A stretch of DNA of 64,000 bases, from contig JAYTHY010000074.1 of NCBI GenBank assembly GCA_043732185.1, positions 96,001 to 160,000 on the forward strand, written 5' to 3'. Of this stretch, positions 37,209 to 47,591 are shown piece by piece; the first letter of the stretch is position 1, and the number at the start of each line of letters is the position of its first letter. Below the pieces are notes generated by a model, which made no database searches, had not been told where the DNA came from, and saw nothing but the letters and a program-made list of their open reading frames with translations. The stretch comes from Fibrobacteria bacterium. Its GTDB lineage: Bacteria; Fibrobacterota; Fibrobacteria; UBA11236. A program made the position numbers and the translations under genes.

Positions 37209-39449
37209 ATGAATCCTACTCGATACCTAACGACATTTTGTGCCGCTGCCTTGCTAACCGCCTGTCTCGAACCCGCCGATCAAATCATGGAACGCTATGG
37301 TGAGGGCAAGCTCATTTTTGTTAAGGAGCCCAGTGTAGGCGGCACGAGTATGAACGACAACGTAGCCATGGCGAGCAATCCCAATGAATTTTATCCGGGT
37401 ACGGACATTATTCTCCTGTCACCGATTTCCCCAACCGGAAAACTCACCAATTTGACCGCGCAATGGACCCGTGCCGTCGAGAATCACAACGATTGGGGCG
37501 CCGCGTTGGATCCGGAAGTTTCTTTCGATGGCACCAGGATACTTTTTTCGATGCGCAAACCGAGCACTCAGACGTCGCTGAACCAGCATTGGGGTATTTA
37601 TGAAATGAATGTAGACGGAACGCATTTGGTCCAGTTGACCAGTCCGGAAATTGGGGACGATGTGGATCCAGCCTATATCGATGCAACCCATATCGTATTC
37701 GGATCCACGCGCAATCAAATCTTGGATGAATATGAACGTCGAGCTGTGCCCCAACTTTTTGTAGGCGAAATGGGTGGCGTAGGCGGAAACTTGGTGAACG
37801 TTCGCCAGATCACATTTAACCAAAGCCACGATCAAAATCCATTTGTCCATTCCAGTGGCAAGATATTTTTTACGCGCTGGGATCATTTAGGCGACCCAAA
37901 TAAAATGCCCTTGTTTACCGTAAATCCGGATGGCTCCGGTCAGTTTGTTCTCTATGGCGCTGACGAAACCTTCACTGGCTCGCAAACCAGCGGTTCACGC
38001 ACATTTTTGGAAGCGCGAGAACTGCATGACGGCGGACTAGTCGCTTCGCTGATGGACAGGGCTTCCCAGTTTGAAGGTGGCGCTATCAGCATCGTGGACC
38101 TCTCAAAATTTACCTCCGCTCCCGAGGTTCTCACCTCCAGTTCTAGCCCCTACAACACAACCCGAAACCCGTCCAATGCGCTGTTCAAAACACCCTATCC
38201 CATCATGGACGGAGGCCGGGAAAAAATATTAGTAGCGGAATCGGCCCATGAAGCTGGGAATGACGTCAAAAATGCATACGTAAATTACGATCTGTTCATA
38301 ATGGATAAGGATGGCGGAAATCTGAAACTCATACACGCCGATCCCTTAAACAATGATTACGACCCCATTGTAGTCGCGCCGCGCGCCTTTACCCCCAAGC
38401 CCTTTGCCATGAACCCGTTGATCGCGGATGCGTTCAAGAACGGCGTAACCACGGGAAAGTTTTTTGATGCAGACGTGTACAGCCGACAAGACAATGACGG
38501 CCATATGTCCGCCAAGGATCTCCTCAACGGTGGCACGGATAGGAGTAAGGGCTTGGCGAAATTTGTTCGCGTGATCGAAGCCGTGCCCATGTCCGCCCAA
38601 TACCGTTCCATGGAAGGCGTCGGCCGCACCGAATTCGAGAAACAACACGTAATTGGCTACGGAGATGTGCGTGCGGACGGCTCCCTCTCGTTGGAAGTGC
38701 CGGCGAATAAGGCCTTGCATTTGCAAACGCTTGATGAAAATGGGATGATGCTCGTCAACCAATTGCAATGGATCAATGTTATGCCTGGAGAAAAGCGCAT
38801 GTGTACGGGGTGCCATGGCGCAAGAGAAAAAGATCAAGACATCAACTATTTCAAAATCGTGAATGATTCCGTGGTCTTCAAGCCCTCAGCGGGAAATCTA
38901 CTCGCGGAAACCAAGAACTACCTCTCCGGCTTCTACAATGCCCAGAAAGTCACTGAACACCCATCCGCCCGAAAGGACACTCTGGATTTCATGAGCCTTT
39001 ACTACCCCGGCAAAACCGCTACTGTACAAGCTATCCTAAATCGCCGCTGCAACTCCTGTCACGCTGTGGCGACTGCTAAAGATTCCGGAGGCAGCCTGGT
39101 TCTCGAAAATGTCCCGGATACAGCCTTGAACAACCACAGTAACGCCAATGTTTACGCCACCCTAACCAACGACAATGGCTATACCACCGCCAAAGCCGGA
39201 ACCAAACTGCGTTACGCCACCCCGGACGGCGCTCGAGAAAGCCCGCTGGCGTGGGTTCTCCTGAATAAACAGTTGACCGATAAAAACGAAACCTTATATC
39301 GGCCTACCTCCTACAACCACAGCACCCTCTGGCAAAAGGATTCGACTGGACGCATAAACGCCTTTGCGAAAGAAAACGTCGACCTATTGTCCTTGATTGA
39401 ATGGATGGATATGGGAACGCAATTCAACAATTCCAATTACACAAAATAA
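37209..39449 (+). CDS. Lipoprotein with TolB/PD40-like beta-propeller, hydrazine-synthase-alpha-like middle domain and two c-type heme motifs
   Basis: Lipobox LTAC; DPEVSFDG.RILFSMR, DVDPAY, ITFNQSHDQNP, FTRWDH, NPDGS; DGS...EVPAN...LQTLDENG...PGEKRMCTGCH; second motif CNSCH; EWMDMG. Confidence 0.8.
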   Translation: MNPTRYLTTFCAAALLTACLEPADQIMERYGEGKLIFVKEPSVGGTSMNDNVAMASNPNEFYPGTDIILLSPISPTGKLTNLTAQWTRAVENHNDWGAALDPEVSFDGTRILFSMRKPSTQTSLNQHWGIYEMNVDGTHLVQLTSPEIGDDVDPAYIDATHIVFGSTRNQILDEYERRAVPQLFVGEMGGVGGNLVNVRQITFNQSHDQNPFVHSSGKIFFTRWDHLGDPNKMPLFTVNPDGSGQFVLYGADETFTGSQTSGSRTFLEARELHDGGLVASLMDRASQFEGGAISIVDLSKFTSAPEVLTSSSSPYNTTRNPSNALFKTPYPIMDGGREKILVAESAHEAGNDVKNAYVNYDLFIMDKDGGNLKLIHADPLNNDYDPIVVAPRAFTPKPFAMNPLIADAFKNGVTTGKFFDADVYSRQDNDGHMSAKDLLNGGTDRSKGLAKFVRVIEAVPMSAQYRSMEGVGRTEFEKQHVIGYGDVRADGSLSLEVPANKALHLQTLDENGMMLVNQLQWINVMPGEKRMCTGCHGAREKDQDINYFKIVNDSVVFKPSAGNLLAETKNYLSGFYNAQKVTEHPSARKDTLDFMSLYYPGKTATVQAILNRRCNSCHAVATAKDSGGSLVLENVPDTALNNHSNANVYATLTNDNGYTTAKAGTKLRYATPDGARESPLAWVLLNKQLTDKNETLYRPTSYNHSTLWQKDSTGRINAFAKENVDLLSLIEWMDMGTQFNNSNYTK

Positions 39450-39462
39450 CGCGTTCAAGGAT

Positions 39463-39987
39463 TTGATTCTGTTGCTTCGTCCGCATTTTTTAGCCTTCGG
39501 TTTGACTATGGCTTTAAGCTTAACATCAGCTCCAGTATGGGCAGGTTCTGGCCCTAAACCGGGATCGATGGCTCCGTCGTTCAGCCTTCCGGATCTCCTC
39601 AAAAACCGCGGAGACATGAGCCTACGCCAACTAGAAGGCAAAGTGGTCCTGGTCGATTTTTGGGCAAGCTGGTGCCCGCCCTGTAAAAAGTCGCTGCCGG
39701 AACTTGGCCAGATGCGCCTTCGAAATCCAGCACTGGTGATCGTGGCGATAAGCATTGATGAAAACCGCAGCAAGGCCGTGGATTTTCTAAAAAACTCCGA
39801 CACATCGCTCGTCTATCTGCACGATGCCAAACACGAGGCCGCGGAAAAATTCGACCTCGGCGGAATGCCCTCAGCGTTTCTCATCGACAAAAAGGGTATG
39901 CTGCGCAACCGGTTTGACGGGTATGGTTCCGGAGAATTAAAATCCATGGAAACCGAGGCCAGGAAATTACTGGAGGAGAAACCATGA
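39463..39987 (+). CDS. TlpA/ResA-family thiol-disulfide oxidoreductase
   Basis: GKVVLVDFWASWCPPC, GMPSAFLID. Start uncertain (39463-39508). Confidence 0.9.
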   Translation: MILLLRPHFLAFGLTMALSLTSAPVWAGSGPKPGSMAPSFSLPDLLKNRGDMSLRQLEGKVVLVDFWASWCPPCKKSLPELGQMRLRNPALVIVAISIDENRSKAVDFLKNSDTSLVYLHDAKHEAAEKFDLGGMPSAFLIDKKGMLRNRFDGYGSGELKSMETEARKLLEEKP

Positions 39988-40226
39988 AAAAAAAGCTTTG
40001 GTGGAGAAGTAGGGCTACAGTCCGGATTGCAATAGGTGCGGGGGCGCTGCTCTTGTCCGCCTGCGCAGCTGTTAAGCCCTATGAGCGGGAGAAATTGGCG
40101 GATCCCATAATGGAGCCAGGTGGCCAATTTTCCAAGCAAACCTTAGAGCAAAAATTTTTCTCCACGCGTGAAGGCAGCATCGGCGGACCAACCGGTATAG
40201 GTGGCGGGTGTGGATGTTCGAAATGA
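39984..40226 (+). CDS. DUF4266 family small lipoprotein
   Basis: LSAC lipobox, VKPYERE.LA, REGS.GG, terminal GGGCGC. Confidence 0.88.
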   Translation: MKKKLWWRSRATVRIAIGAGALLLSACAAVKPYEREKLADPIMEPGGQFSKQTLEQKFFSTREGSIGGPTGIGGGCGCSK

Positions 40227-41359
40227 TTCGATGGATCCGCAGCTCCTGTATGGTTTTTTTAGTTGTGATCCTAACGACCGCCATACTGTCGCAAGCCGAT
40301 CAGGTGGAATACACCACCTACTACTTTAAAGACAATCATGAAAATACCGTGGCCACATCTGCCTTCTCCTTGGCCAAAACCCTTTGGAAAAAAACCCAGA
40401 TCCTGTTGGATGTCGAGCTTGATCAAACCACCGTGCCACCTTCCATTGATGGGGTCAGCGGGGCTTCACGACCGCAGCGGCAAAGCAAGTCCGACTTCAT
40501 CAAGAATCGGGGGCAGATTATCGGCGGGCTGGAACAGGGTCTAGGCGACAACACCAAAGTTTCTGGCAGTTATTACTTCAGTCAAGAAGTGGACTACGCA
40601 TCGCAATCCGTTATTGGCAGCTTGACTCAAGAGTTTCTCCAGAAAAACCTTACCGTTACGCTACGAGGTCAATATACTTTGGACTCCGTTGGCGAGATTT
40701 TGGGCGACGGAGCCATGCTGAATCGATTTAAGGAAACGCATCAAGCTTCCTTAACCATTTCGCAATTGCTTTCACCGACCACCGTTCTGCGTATGGGCGC
40801 GGATGGCATGCGCAACCATGGAATTTTGAGCGACCCTTACAGGAAAGTCTTGCTCGACCAAACTGATAATGTTTTGAATAAGGATACCCTAATCGAACGT
40901 CACCCCAACATGCGCTACCGCCAAGCAGCCTGGGCCGAGATAAGCAAATTCATGCCAGGTATGGATGGCTCGTTCATCATTACATACCGCTACTACTGGG
41001 ATGATTGGAACTTAAAATCGAACACCCTATCACTCAAATTGAACAAATACATTACTCCCAACTGGATCCTTAGTCCAGAGTATCGCTATTACGTTCAGAC
41101 GGGCGTCAATTTCGGAGACTATGCCAAAAACCAGCCGAATATTTTTGATGCAGTTGACTATAAACTCAGAGCGTTCACCAGCCATACCGTGGGCATGGGG
41201 GCAACATGCTTTCTGCGTGCCTTCGGAAAAAATCATCCCGATTGGGATTTCCTAACCAACACATCCGTTTCGCTTTTGTATTTCCACTATTTCAATGATA
41301 CGGACGCCGACAATTTTACGGCCAACATCCTAGAAACGCGGATCAAGTTTGCCTTTTAA
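40223..41359 (+). CDS. DUF3570 family outer-membrane beta-barrel
   Basis: DGVSGAS, S.EVDY.S, G.LSDPYR, E.HP..R, YRYY.DDW, YRYY.Q, terminal KFAF; ATGA overlap with DUF4266. Confidence 0.85.
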   Translation: MIRWIRSSCMVFLVVILTTAILSQADQVEYTTYYFKDNHENTVATSAFSLAKTLWKKTQILLDVELDQTTVPPSIDGVSGASRPQRQSKSDFIKNRGQIIGGLEQGLGDNTKVSGSYYFSQEVDYASQSVIGSLTQEFLQKNLTVTLRGQYTLDSVGEILGDGAMLNRFKETHQASLTISQLLSPTTVLRMGADGMRNHGILSDPYRKVLLDQTDNVLNKDTLIERHPNMRYRQAAWAEISKFMPGMDGSFIITYRYYWDDWNLKSNTLSLKLNKYITPNWILSPEYRYYVQTGVNFGDYAKNQPNIFDAVDYKLRAFTSHTVGMGATCFLRAFGKNHPDWDFLTNTSVSLLYFHYFNDTDADNFTANILETRIKFAF

Positions 41360-41422
41360 CTGAGCGTCACATGCTACCTTTAAAGTGCGTGGGTTTTATT
41401 TTGACTCTATCCCACTAGCGCA

Positions 41423-41860
41423 TCAGCCAGGCACAGCTACGTGCAATTGTTTGAGAATCCCAGCAAACCCGCCATCCGCAACCGGTTGCATTTCCAGGAG
41501 GTGCAAGAGACCGCCGTGAAACTGTGCGGTAAAATTTTCCACCGGCAATTGAATGGACATTCCCGTGGCAGGCAGTCGGATGCCTAAGAGCAGAAGATCC
41601 AAGGTGTCTTTATGGGTGCCGGTAAAAGAAAAGTGGCCGGTAACTTTTCCATGGTTTTCTTCCAATACAACAAGATTGAAAGAAAAATCCGGAAAGGCGT
41701 GGCCCAATGCCTTGTGTAGCGTGAGCCATTCCTGCTTGCTAATCGGTTTGTGATCGGCGCCGAGGAATTGAAAATTGTCCTCCAGGCATTTTGCTGCCTT
41801 ATCAAAATTGTGGGATTGAATCGCCTTGATACATTCTTTGAGAATCTTCGCTGAAGCCAC
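41423..41860 (-). CDS. SnoaL-like ester cyclase / NTF2-fold protein
   Basis: AFPDF, FTGTH, PATG, LKQL; AAGGAG RBS before GTG. Confidence 0.8.
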   Translation of the reverse strand: MASAKILKECIKAIQSHNFDKAAKCLEDNFQFLGADHKPISKQEWLTLHKALGHAFPDFSFNLVVLEENHGKVTGHFSFTGTHKDTLDLLLLGIRLPATGMSIQLPVENFTAQFHGGLLHLLEMQPVADGGFAGILKQLHVAVPG

Positions 41861-42016
41861 TTTTCTCTCCTTTTAAAGGTTTAACTCAAATGATGAACCA
41901 AAAATCGGGGCAAAGAAAACGAGCCCATAGATAAAGTTTTCAATATTTAATGAACAGAAGCCTCCTTTAGTGCGTGGCGTTTTTCCGTTGATAACTTAGG
42001 GAAAACTTTTTTTGAA

Positions 42017-42376
42017 TTAATCCTCATTGTCGGACCAGTTGTTATTACGCGACTGCTTTTTTTTCGACTGCAAGGATTTTGCCTTCTTTTTGCTGCGTTT
42101 CGCGGACTTGGGAGGCTTTGTCACCTTGCGCACCAAGGGCACTATATTCAGTTTTACAACCTTTTCGCGCAGCTTTTCCAGGCAAATACATTTGTTTAAA
42201 AACTGGCTGCGCTCCTGTTGGCACATCACCACAATTCCTGTTGGTAGATGGCGTAGGCGCACGGCGCTATCGGTTTTATTTACGTGTTGGCCACCTTTGC
42301 CGCCCGAACGAAAAGTTTCCACTTCACATTCATCAAGCAGTTTTTCGTCCGATTCCGGCAGTAGAATCCGAGGCAT
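42017..42376 (-). CDS. Peptide chain release factor-like GGQ protein (ArfB-like ribosome rescue candidate)
   Basis: [27 protein letters not shown], basic C-terminal tail. Confidence 0.85.
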   Translation of the reverse strand: MPRILLPESDEKLLDECEVETFRSGGKGGQHVNKTDSAVRLRHLPTGIVVMCQQERSQFLNKCICLEKLREKVVKLNIVPLVRKVTKPPKSAKRSKKKAKSLQSKKKQSRNNNWSDNED

Positions 42377-42428
42377 ACCTTAAAGAGAGGAATGTTAATG
42401 CCTCTTGGCAAAGAAAGAAATGAAACAA

Positions 42429-42444
42429 GCCCCCTCGAGGGGGC
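42429..42444 (-). terminator. Probable intrinsic terminator after the CDGSH gene
   Basis: Perfect palindrome gccccctcgagggggc followed by TTGTTT on the minus strand. Confidence 0.65.
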
Positions 42445-42464
42445 CGGAGGTCTTTGCGCGGGGC

Positions 42465-42668
42465 TTAGGGAGCGACTACCTCGGAGGCGAAACCCTGCTT
42501 GCTATGCGAACCATCGCAAAACGGTTTTTTAGAACTTAGGCCGCAGCGGCATAGAAAGGCAGCCTTTCCAGGTTCCAGAGTGAAGGGTTTGCCTGCGGAA
42601 TCATTGAGTGAAAAGTCCCCTTCAACTTTTAGGGGTCCATTTTTCAAGGGTGTCATTTGAGCCGACAT
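42465..42668 (-). CDS. CDGSH iron-sulfur domain protein
   Basis: NGPL.V.G, LCRCGLSSKKPFCDGSH; AAAGGA RBS before ATG 42668. Confidence 0.93.
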   Translation of the reverse strand: MSAQMTPLKNGPLKVEGDFSLNDSAGKPFTLEPGKAAFLCRCGLSSKKPFCDGSHSKQGFASEVVAP

Positions 42669-42721
42669 ATTCATTCCTTTGTTTTGGGAGGAACCTCCCA
42701 GGCCATAATAATACACTTTAT

Positions 42722-42736
42722 TTGTTGTAACAACAA
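42722..42736. promoter_or_regulatory. Inverted repeat TTGTTG-N3-CAACAA, putative operator
   Basis: Perfect dyad in the AT-rich divergent spacer between the CDGSH and HAD genes. Confidence 0.45.
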
Positions 42737-42789
42737 TAGTTATCACATTTAAATAGCTGCTGACGACTTTTTATAAGTTCTAGCCAATT

Positions 42790-43635
42790 ATGCCCTTTTC
42801 TCCCTATCGCCTCGTCATCTCCGACATCGACGGCACACTTCTGGATGATGAGGGCAACTTGCCTCAGATTAACCGGGACGCTTTGACGCATTGCCGCGAT
42901 CTGGGCATTCAAACCTGCTTGGCCACGGGTAGGCGCTGGACCACTTGCGCCCGCCTTTTGGATAGGCTCAAACTTCACCACCTGATCGACTTTTGCATCC
43001 TGAACAATGGCATGCTCGTGCGCCAGGTGGCTACGGAACGAATCCTGTTCAAACGCGAGTTTCCGCTTTCCCAAGTCCTCGCCGCAGCCGAACGGCTGAA
43101 TGCTCTGGGTCTGGATCCCATCGTACTCGGACACAATCCTGATGGACATACCAAGGATGTCTTTCATCGCAACGATGCATTGCTCAATGCCGATTTCATC
43201 GCCAAGAACGTCGGGCACACCCAGCGGGTAACTGAATGGAGCGAGCTTGCGAACGCGCATCTTGTTGAATTGGTTTTGATCGGAAAAAAACCAGATTTGG
43301 AAACCGCCGCTGCGGCACTTGCACCTCTCGAATTGGAAACCACCATACTGCGTAATTCTTTCTATGCCGAATACATGTTGGAAGGCACCCCCAAAGGGGT
43401 TTCCAAACTTTTAGGCGCCCGGGAACTGATTGCCCATTTGGGATTGGAGGTGCGGGACGTTATCGCACTTGGGGATTCCGACAATGACTTGACCATGCTC
43501 CGGGGTATTCCCATGTCCATCGCCATGGCCAATGCTGACGCGACATTGAAAGCCATTGCCAAAGAGACAACCAGCTTGAATACCGAAGGTGGTTTTGGAC
43601 ATGCTTTGTTCCGCTTGCTGGGACAGCCCGGGTAA
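42790..43635 (+). CDS. Cof-type HAD-IIB family hydrolase
   Basis: SDIDGTLL, ATGR, NNG, SK, GDSDNDLTM, AMANA. Confidence 0.92.
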   Translation: MPFSPYRLVISDIDGTLLDDEGNLPQINRDALTHCRDLGIQTCLATGRRWTTCARLLDRLKLHHLIDFCILNNGMLVRQVATERILFKREFPLSQVLAAAERLNALGLDPIVLGHNPDGHTKDVFHRNDALLNADFIAKNVGHTQRVTEWSELANAHLVELVLIGKKPDLETAAAALAPLELETTILRNSFYAEYMLEGTPKGVSKLLGARELIAHLGLEVRDVIALGDSDNDLTMLRGIPMSIAMANADATLKAIAKETTSLNTEGGFGHALFRLLGQPG

Positions 43636-43666
43636 TTGACCGACTATTCTAATCAAAGGAGTGCGC

Positions 43667-44356
43667 ATGCTTATCGAAACGCTGACTCAAGAAGAAGCCC
43701 GAGTACTCGGCACCTTGGCGGAAAAAAGTTTGGCGACGCCGGACTATTATCCCCTGACTCTGAATTCCCTGCGCACGGCCTGCAATCAAAAAAGCAATCG
43801 GGATCCGGTTACGGAGTATACCGATGAAACCGTTTCACTGGCATTGGCCGGCCTCAAACGCAAAGTTTTGGTCACCTTCATTCCTTACGGATCGCAAGGA
43901 AATCTCTACAAATACCGGCATTTTTTGGAAGACCCCCGGTTCCATCTCAGCCAAGGCGAAATTGCCATCCTGGCCGTGTTGCTGCTACGCGGTAGGCAAA
44001 CTTTGAACGAAATTAAATTGCGAGCATCGAGCCTGCTACCCCTCGACTCTCTAGAAGCAACGGAAGCCTTGCTGCAAAGCCTCGCCAACCGAGTCGAGCC
44101 CTTGACGGAATATCTTCCGAAGCGGCCGGGTTGGAAAGAGCCTCGCTGGACGGACAAACTGTGTCCACATCAATCGGAAACGCAATCAGAATCGGCCCTT
44201 AAGGAGCAAGAAGGTGCGGAAACACCGGAGGCTCAAACGCCCAGCCGACCACAAAACTCAGACTTGGAAATCATTCGACTGGCCTTGGCAGATTTGACCG
44301 AAAAATATGCGGCCCTTAAAACGGACGTCGAAAAAATAAAATCGGAACTGTACTGA
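43667..44356 (+). CDS. YceH/DUF480 family protein
   Basis: EARVLG.L.EK..TPDYYPLTLN.L..ACNQKSNRDPV, LLLRG.QT. Confidence 0.9.
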   Translation: MLIETLTQEEARVLGTLAEKSLATPDYYPLTLNSLRTACNQKSNRDPVTEYTDETVSLALAGLKRKVLVTFIPYGSQGNLYKYRHFLEDPRFHLSQGEIAILAVLLLRGRQTLNEIKLRASSLLPLDSLEATEALLQSLANRVEPLTEYLPKRPGWKEPRWTDKLCPHQSETQSESALKEQEGAETPEAQTPSRPQNSDLEIIRLALADLTEKYAALKTDVEKIKSELY

Positions 44357-44408
44357 CTCAAATATTTTTTGTTTCATAACTCGGTTGTACCATGACTCGG
44401 CTGCTTCC

Positions 44409-45950
44409 TTACTCCGCGCCCACGCCCAAGTAGCTGCGGACTTTTTCCGCTTCGAATTTTGCTGCCGCCTCAGGCTCGGATTTTACCAGCGACACGGCGA
44501 TCCCGACGACAAAGGCACCGGCGATGGAGAATAGACCCGGGTTCTTGAAGGGAACAATAGGCGCCGCGTGTTTGAAGATATCGACCCATACCGTGGGGCT
44601 AAGGATGATCAGAACAACAGCCAGTACCAAGCCCGTGAGGATACTGGAAACGGCGCCTGCGGTGGTGAAGCGTTTCCACATGATGGACATGAGGAGCGCG
44701 GGGAAGTTGGCGCTGGCAGCAATGGCAAAAGCCAGACCCACCATAAAAGCCACGTTCTGACCCTTGAACAAGATTCCCAGCGCAATGGCAATGGCTCCCA
44801 AAAGGACTGTCGCTATTTTGGCCATATTAACCTGATTGTGTTCTGTGGATTTTCCCTTTTTGATAACGCCCAAATAAAGATCATGGGATAAGGCCGATGC
44901 TCCCGCCAGAGTAAGGCCAGCCACTACCGCCAAAATAGTTGCGAAAGCAACCGCCGCCAAAAATCCCAGGAAAACATTTCCTCCGAGTACTTCAGCCAGC
45001 AGCGGGGCAGCCATGTTGCCGCCCTTATCCATGCCTTTGATGATGTCCTGCCCAACAAATACAGCAGCACCAAATCCAATGGTAAAAGTAAGAATGTAAA
45101 AGTATCCGATAAATCCGGTGGCGTAGAATACGGATTTGCGCGCTTCCTTGGCATTGGGCACGGTATAGAATCGCATCAGAATGTGCGGTAACCCTGCCGT
45201 GCCAAACATCAGCGCCAGGCCAAGGGAAACCGCATCGAGCGGATTGGATACAAGGCCACCGGGGCTGAGAAACCCTTCGCCGTATTTTGTGACGGCCTCA
45301 TGGAACAGCCAGCCATAGTTGAAATGGGCTTTGATTAGAACCATAAGCACCAGCAGGGTAGCCCCCCCAAGTAGCAAGCAGGCTTTGATAATTTGCACCC
45401 AGGTAGTAGCCAGCATGCCGCCGAAAAGCACGTATGCGGTCATCAGCACACCTACGAGAACCACGGCGAGTTCGTAAGGCAGGGAAAACATCAGCTTGAC
45501 CAGGCTGCCCGCTCCCACCATTTGGGCGATGAGATAAAAAAGCACGGTCATGATGGCGCCTAAAGACGCGACGGTTTTGATGGGGCCGGGATTGAGACGG
45601 TAGGCGGTAACATCCGAAAATGTATACGTGCCTAAATTGCGCAGAGGTTCTGCAATCAGGCAAAGAACAACGGGCCAGCCCACCAAGAACCCAACAGAAT
45701 AGATGAGGCCGTCATACCCCTTCAAGGAAACCAGGCCCGCAATTCCCAGAAAGGATGCGGCGCTCATATAATCACCCGCTAGCGCCAGACCATTTTGAAA
45801 GCCCGTTACACTTCGGCCCGCAGCATAGAATTCCTTGGCGGTTTTAGTTTTCTTAGCGGCCCAATACGTGATCCCCAAAGTCAGCGCAACAAACAAAAAA
45901 AAGAAAGCAATGGCGATGGGGTTGCTGTGTCCGATGAGCGTCGTCTGCAT
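44409..45950 (-). CDS. actP: Cation/acetate symporter (SSS family)
   Basis: [51 protein letters not shown]. Confidence 0.93.
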   Translation of the reverse strand: MQTTLIGHSNPIAIAFFFLFVALTLGITYWAAKKTKTAKEFYAAGRSVTGFQNGLALAGDYMSAASFLGIAGLVSLKGYDGLIYSVGFLVGWPVVLCLIAEPLRNLGTYTFSDVTAYRLNPGPIKTVASLGAIMTVLFYLIAQMVGAGSLVKLMFSLPYELAVVLVGVLMTAYVLFGGMLATTWVQIIKACLLLGGATLLVLMVLIKAHFNYGWLFHEAVTKYGEGFLSPGGLVSNPLDAVSLGLALMFGTAGLPHILMRFYTVPNAKEARKSVFYATGFIGYFYILTFTIGFGAAVFVGQDIIKGMDKGGNMAAPLLAEVLGGNVFLGFLAAVAFATILAVVAGLTLAGASALSHDLYLGVIKKGKSTEHNQVNMAKIATVLLGAIAIALGILFKGQNVAFMVGLAFAIAASANFPALLMSIMWKRFTTAGAVSSILTGLVLAVVLIILSPTVWVDIFKHAAPIVPFKNPGLFSIAGAFVVGIAVSLVKSEPEAAAKFEAEKVRSYLGVGAE

Positions 45951-46282
45951 TATCTGTCCGCCAATTTGCTTTTAAAAGCCGTTACTGCGGGATCGTACTT
46001 CCGGTTTGCCCATAGGACGTAGATGCCCGTGAACACGCAGGTTACCGCTATCACGCCGATGCCGATGGGGATACCCAGGGTAATATTTTCCGTAACTTTT
46101 TTGGCCAAAAAGGATTTGTCGAAGGCCACCAAAAAAATAAAACCGAAATACACCGCCATGGTAGCCAAGGTCAAACCGACCGAGACGGAAGTTTTCTTTC
46201 GCATCAACTTTTTAAAGTCCGGATTTTCGAGCACCGCGTGTATAGCCGCCCGATTGGAATCCAGGGGTTGGATATCTCGCAT
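45950..46282 (-). CDS. DUF485 (YjcH-like) small membrane partner of ActP
   Basis: Two TM helices, YFGFI, TGIYV.WAN..YD; overlaps the actP start. Confidence 0.9.
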   Translation of the reverse strand: MRDIQPLDSNRAAIHAVLENPDFKKLMRKKTSVSVGLTLATMAVYFGFIFLVAFDKSFLAKKVTENITLGIPIGIGVIAVTCVFTGIYVLWANRKYDPAVTAFKSKLADR

Positions 46283-46298
46283 CAAAACTCCATTTTAT

Positions 46299-46808
46299 TC
46301 AGGTGGATGGACCAGGGCTTTGTATTCGCATCAGCTGAGCCGAGGCGACGGAAAGCAAACAGTATCCAAGAAAATACCAGAATCCATCGTGAAGCTGTGC
46401 GGTCAGTCCTTCAGCGGCACCGGCGGCTAAAAAAGCCAGCAGAATACCCATTACAAAGACATCCGCCATGGACCACTTGCCGATGAGGGCCACAAAGCGG
46501 AAGATGGGCAACCGGAACGGTGCCTTTGGGATCGCCAATACATACAGCAAGGATAAGCCCTTGGCCATGGGAACGATCACGCTAAAGAGAAGGATTAGAA
46601 AGGCAACCAATCGGTTACCGGTATCATAGAGATTACCTATGGTGCCCAGAATGCTGCGGGTCTGATGATAAATAGCCATCTTGCCTATAAAAGGCAGCAC
46701 CGGGGAGATATCCAAGGTCAAGGCCGGGCGCGTGAGCCCCGGGAACAAACACGCAAAGGACGCTAATATCAGGCTTAACGCCACCACATTGAGGGATTTG
46801 TTTCGCAT
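46299..46808 (-). CDS. Paraquat-inducible protein A (PqiA)-like membrane protein
   Basis: LFSVIVP..K, IGKWSMADVF, GF.YF..YC. Confidence 0.85.
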   Translation of the reverse strand: MRNKSLNVVALSLILASFACLFPGLTRPALTLDISPVLPFIGKMAIYHQTRSILGTIGNLYDTGNRLVAFLILLFSVIVPMAKGLSLLYVLAIPKAPFRLPIFRFVALIGKWSMADVFVMGILLAFLAAGAAEGLTAQLHDGFWYFLGYCLLSVASAQLMRIQSPGPST

Positions 46809-46849
46809 CGCATTCAAATTAGCTAATCTTCGGTTAGGAGAATACCAAC

Positions 46850-47563
46850 ATGCCGACCAAATCTTTAGTCACCTGCTCGATTTGCAAACGCCAATTGACT
46901 CAAAGCAAATGCGTACCCAACCATGCCATTCGATCCGCCATGGTCGCCCATTTGAAAAAGGATCATGCAGATTGGAATCCAGATGGTTTTATCTGTCATG
47001 CCGATTTGAATCGCCTACGCGCCGAATACGTACAGCGCATGCTGGTATCCGGTAAAGGCAACCTTGCTCATCTCGAAGCCGATGTGGAACAAAGCTTTAA
47101 GGATGACGCCCTCATTTCAAGTTTGTTGAAAGAAGAAAGCAAGGAACCGATTACCTTCGGCCAAAAAATGGCGGACGGCGTGGCCCGATTTGGGGGGAGC
47201 TGGAGGTTTCTCATCACCTTCGCCTGTTTTCTGGCGCTGTGGATTTGCCTTAACGTGGCCATCATCGTTATCGCCCATGCCCAGGCCTTTGATCCCTATC
47301 CTTTTATCCTGTTGAATCTGATCCTCTCCTGTCTCGCCTCCGTGCAAGCACCGATTATCATGATGAGTCAGAATCGTCAAGAAGCCCGCGACCGCACGCG
47401 CGCCGAGAACGACTATAAGGTGAATCTTAAAGCGGAGCTGGAAATCCGGAATCTACATGAGAAATTTGATCATCTGCTGGAGCATCAATGGCAGTACTTG
47501 ATGGAGATCCAGCAGGTTCAGGTGGAGCTGATGGAGGAGTTGGCGGATAGGAAGAAGAATTGA
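46850..47563 (+). CDS. DUF1003 family membrane protein
   Basis: FGGSW, FDPYPFILLNL.LSC.A..QAPIIMMSQNRQ, NLKAELEI. Confidence 0.92.
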   Translation: MPTKSLVTCSICKRQLTQSKCVPNHAIRSAMVAHLKKDHADWNPDGFICHADLNRLRAEYVQRMLVSGKGNLAHLEADVEQSFKDDALISSLLKEESKEPITFGQKMADGVARFGGSWRFLITFACFLALWICLNVAIIVIAHAQAFDPYPFILLNLILSCLASVQAPIIMMSQNRQEARDRTRAENDYKVNLKAELEIRNLHEKFDHLLEHQWQYLMEIQQVQVELMEELADRKKN

Positions 47564-47591
47564 TGGTGCGAAAAGTCGGTGCTAGGCTGGG

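Noticed and set aside
37209..39449. Anammox hydrazine synthase
   Set aside because: Only an alpha-subunit-like architecture is present. There is no hzsB/hzsC or hydrazine dehydrogenase in the window, and the context is an outer-membrane thiol-redox operon.
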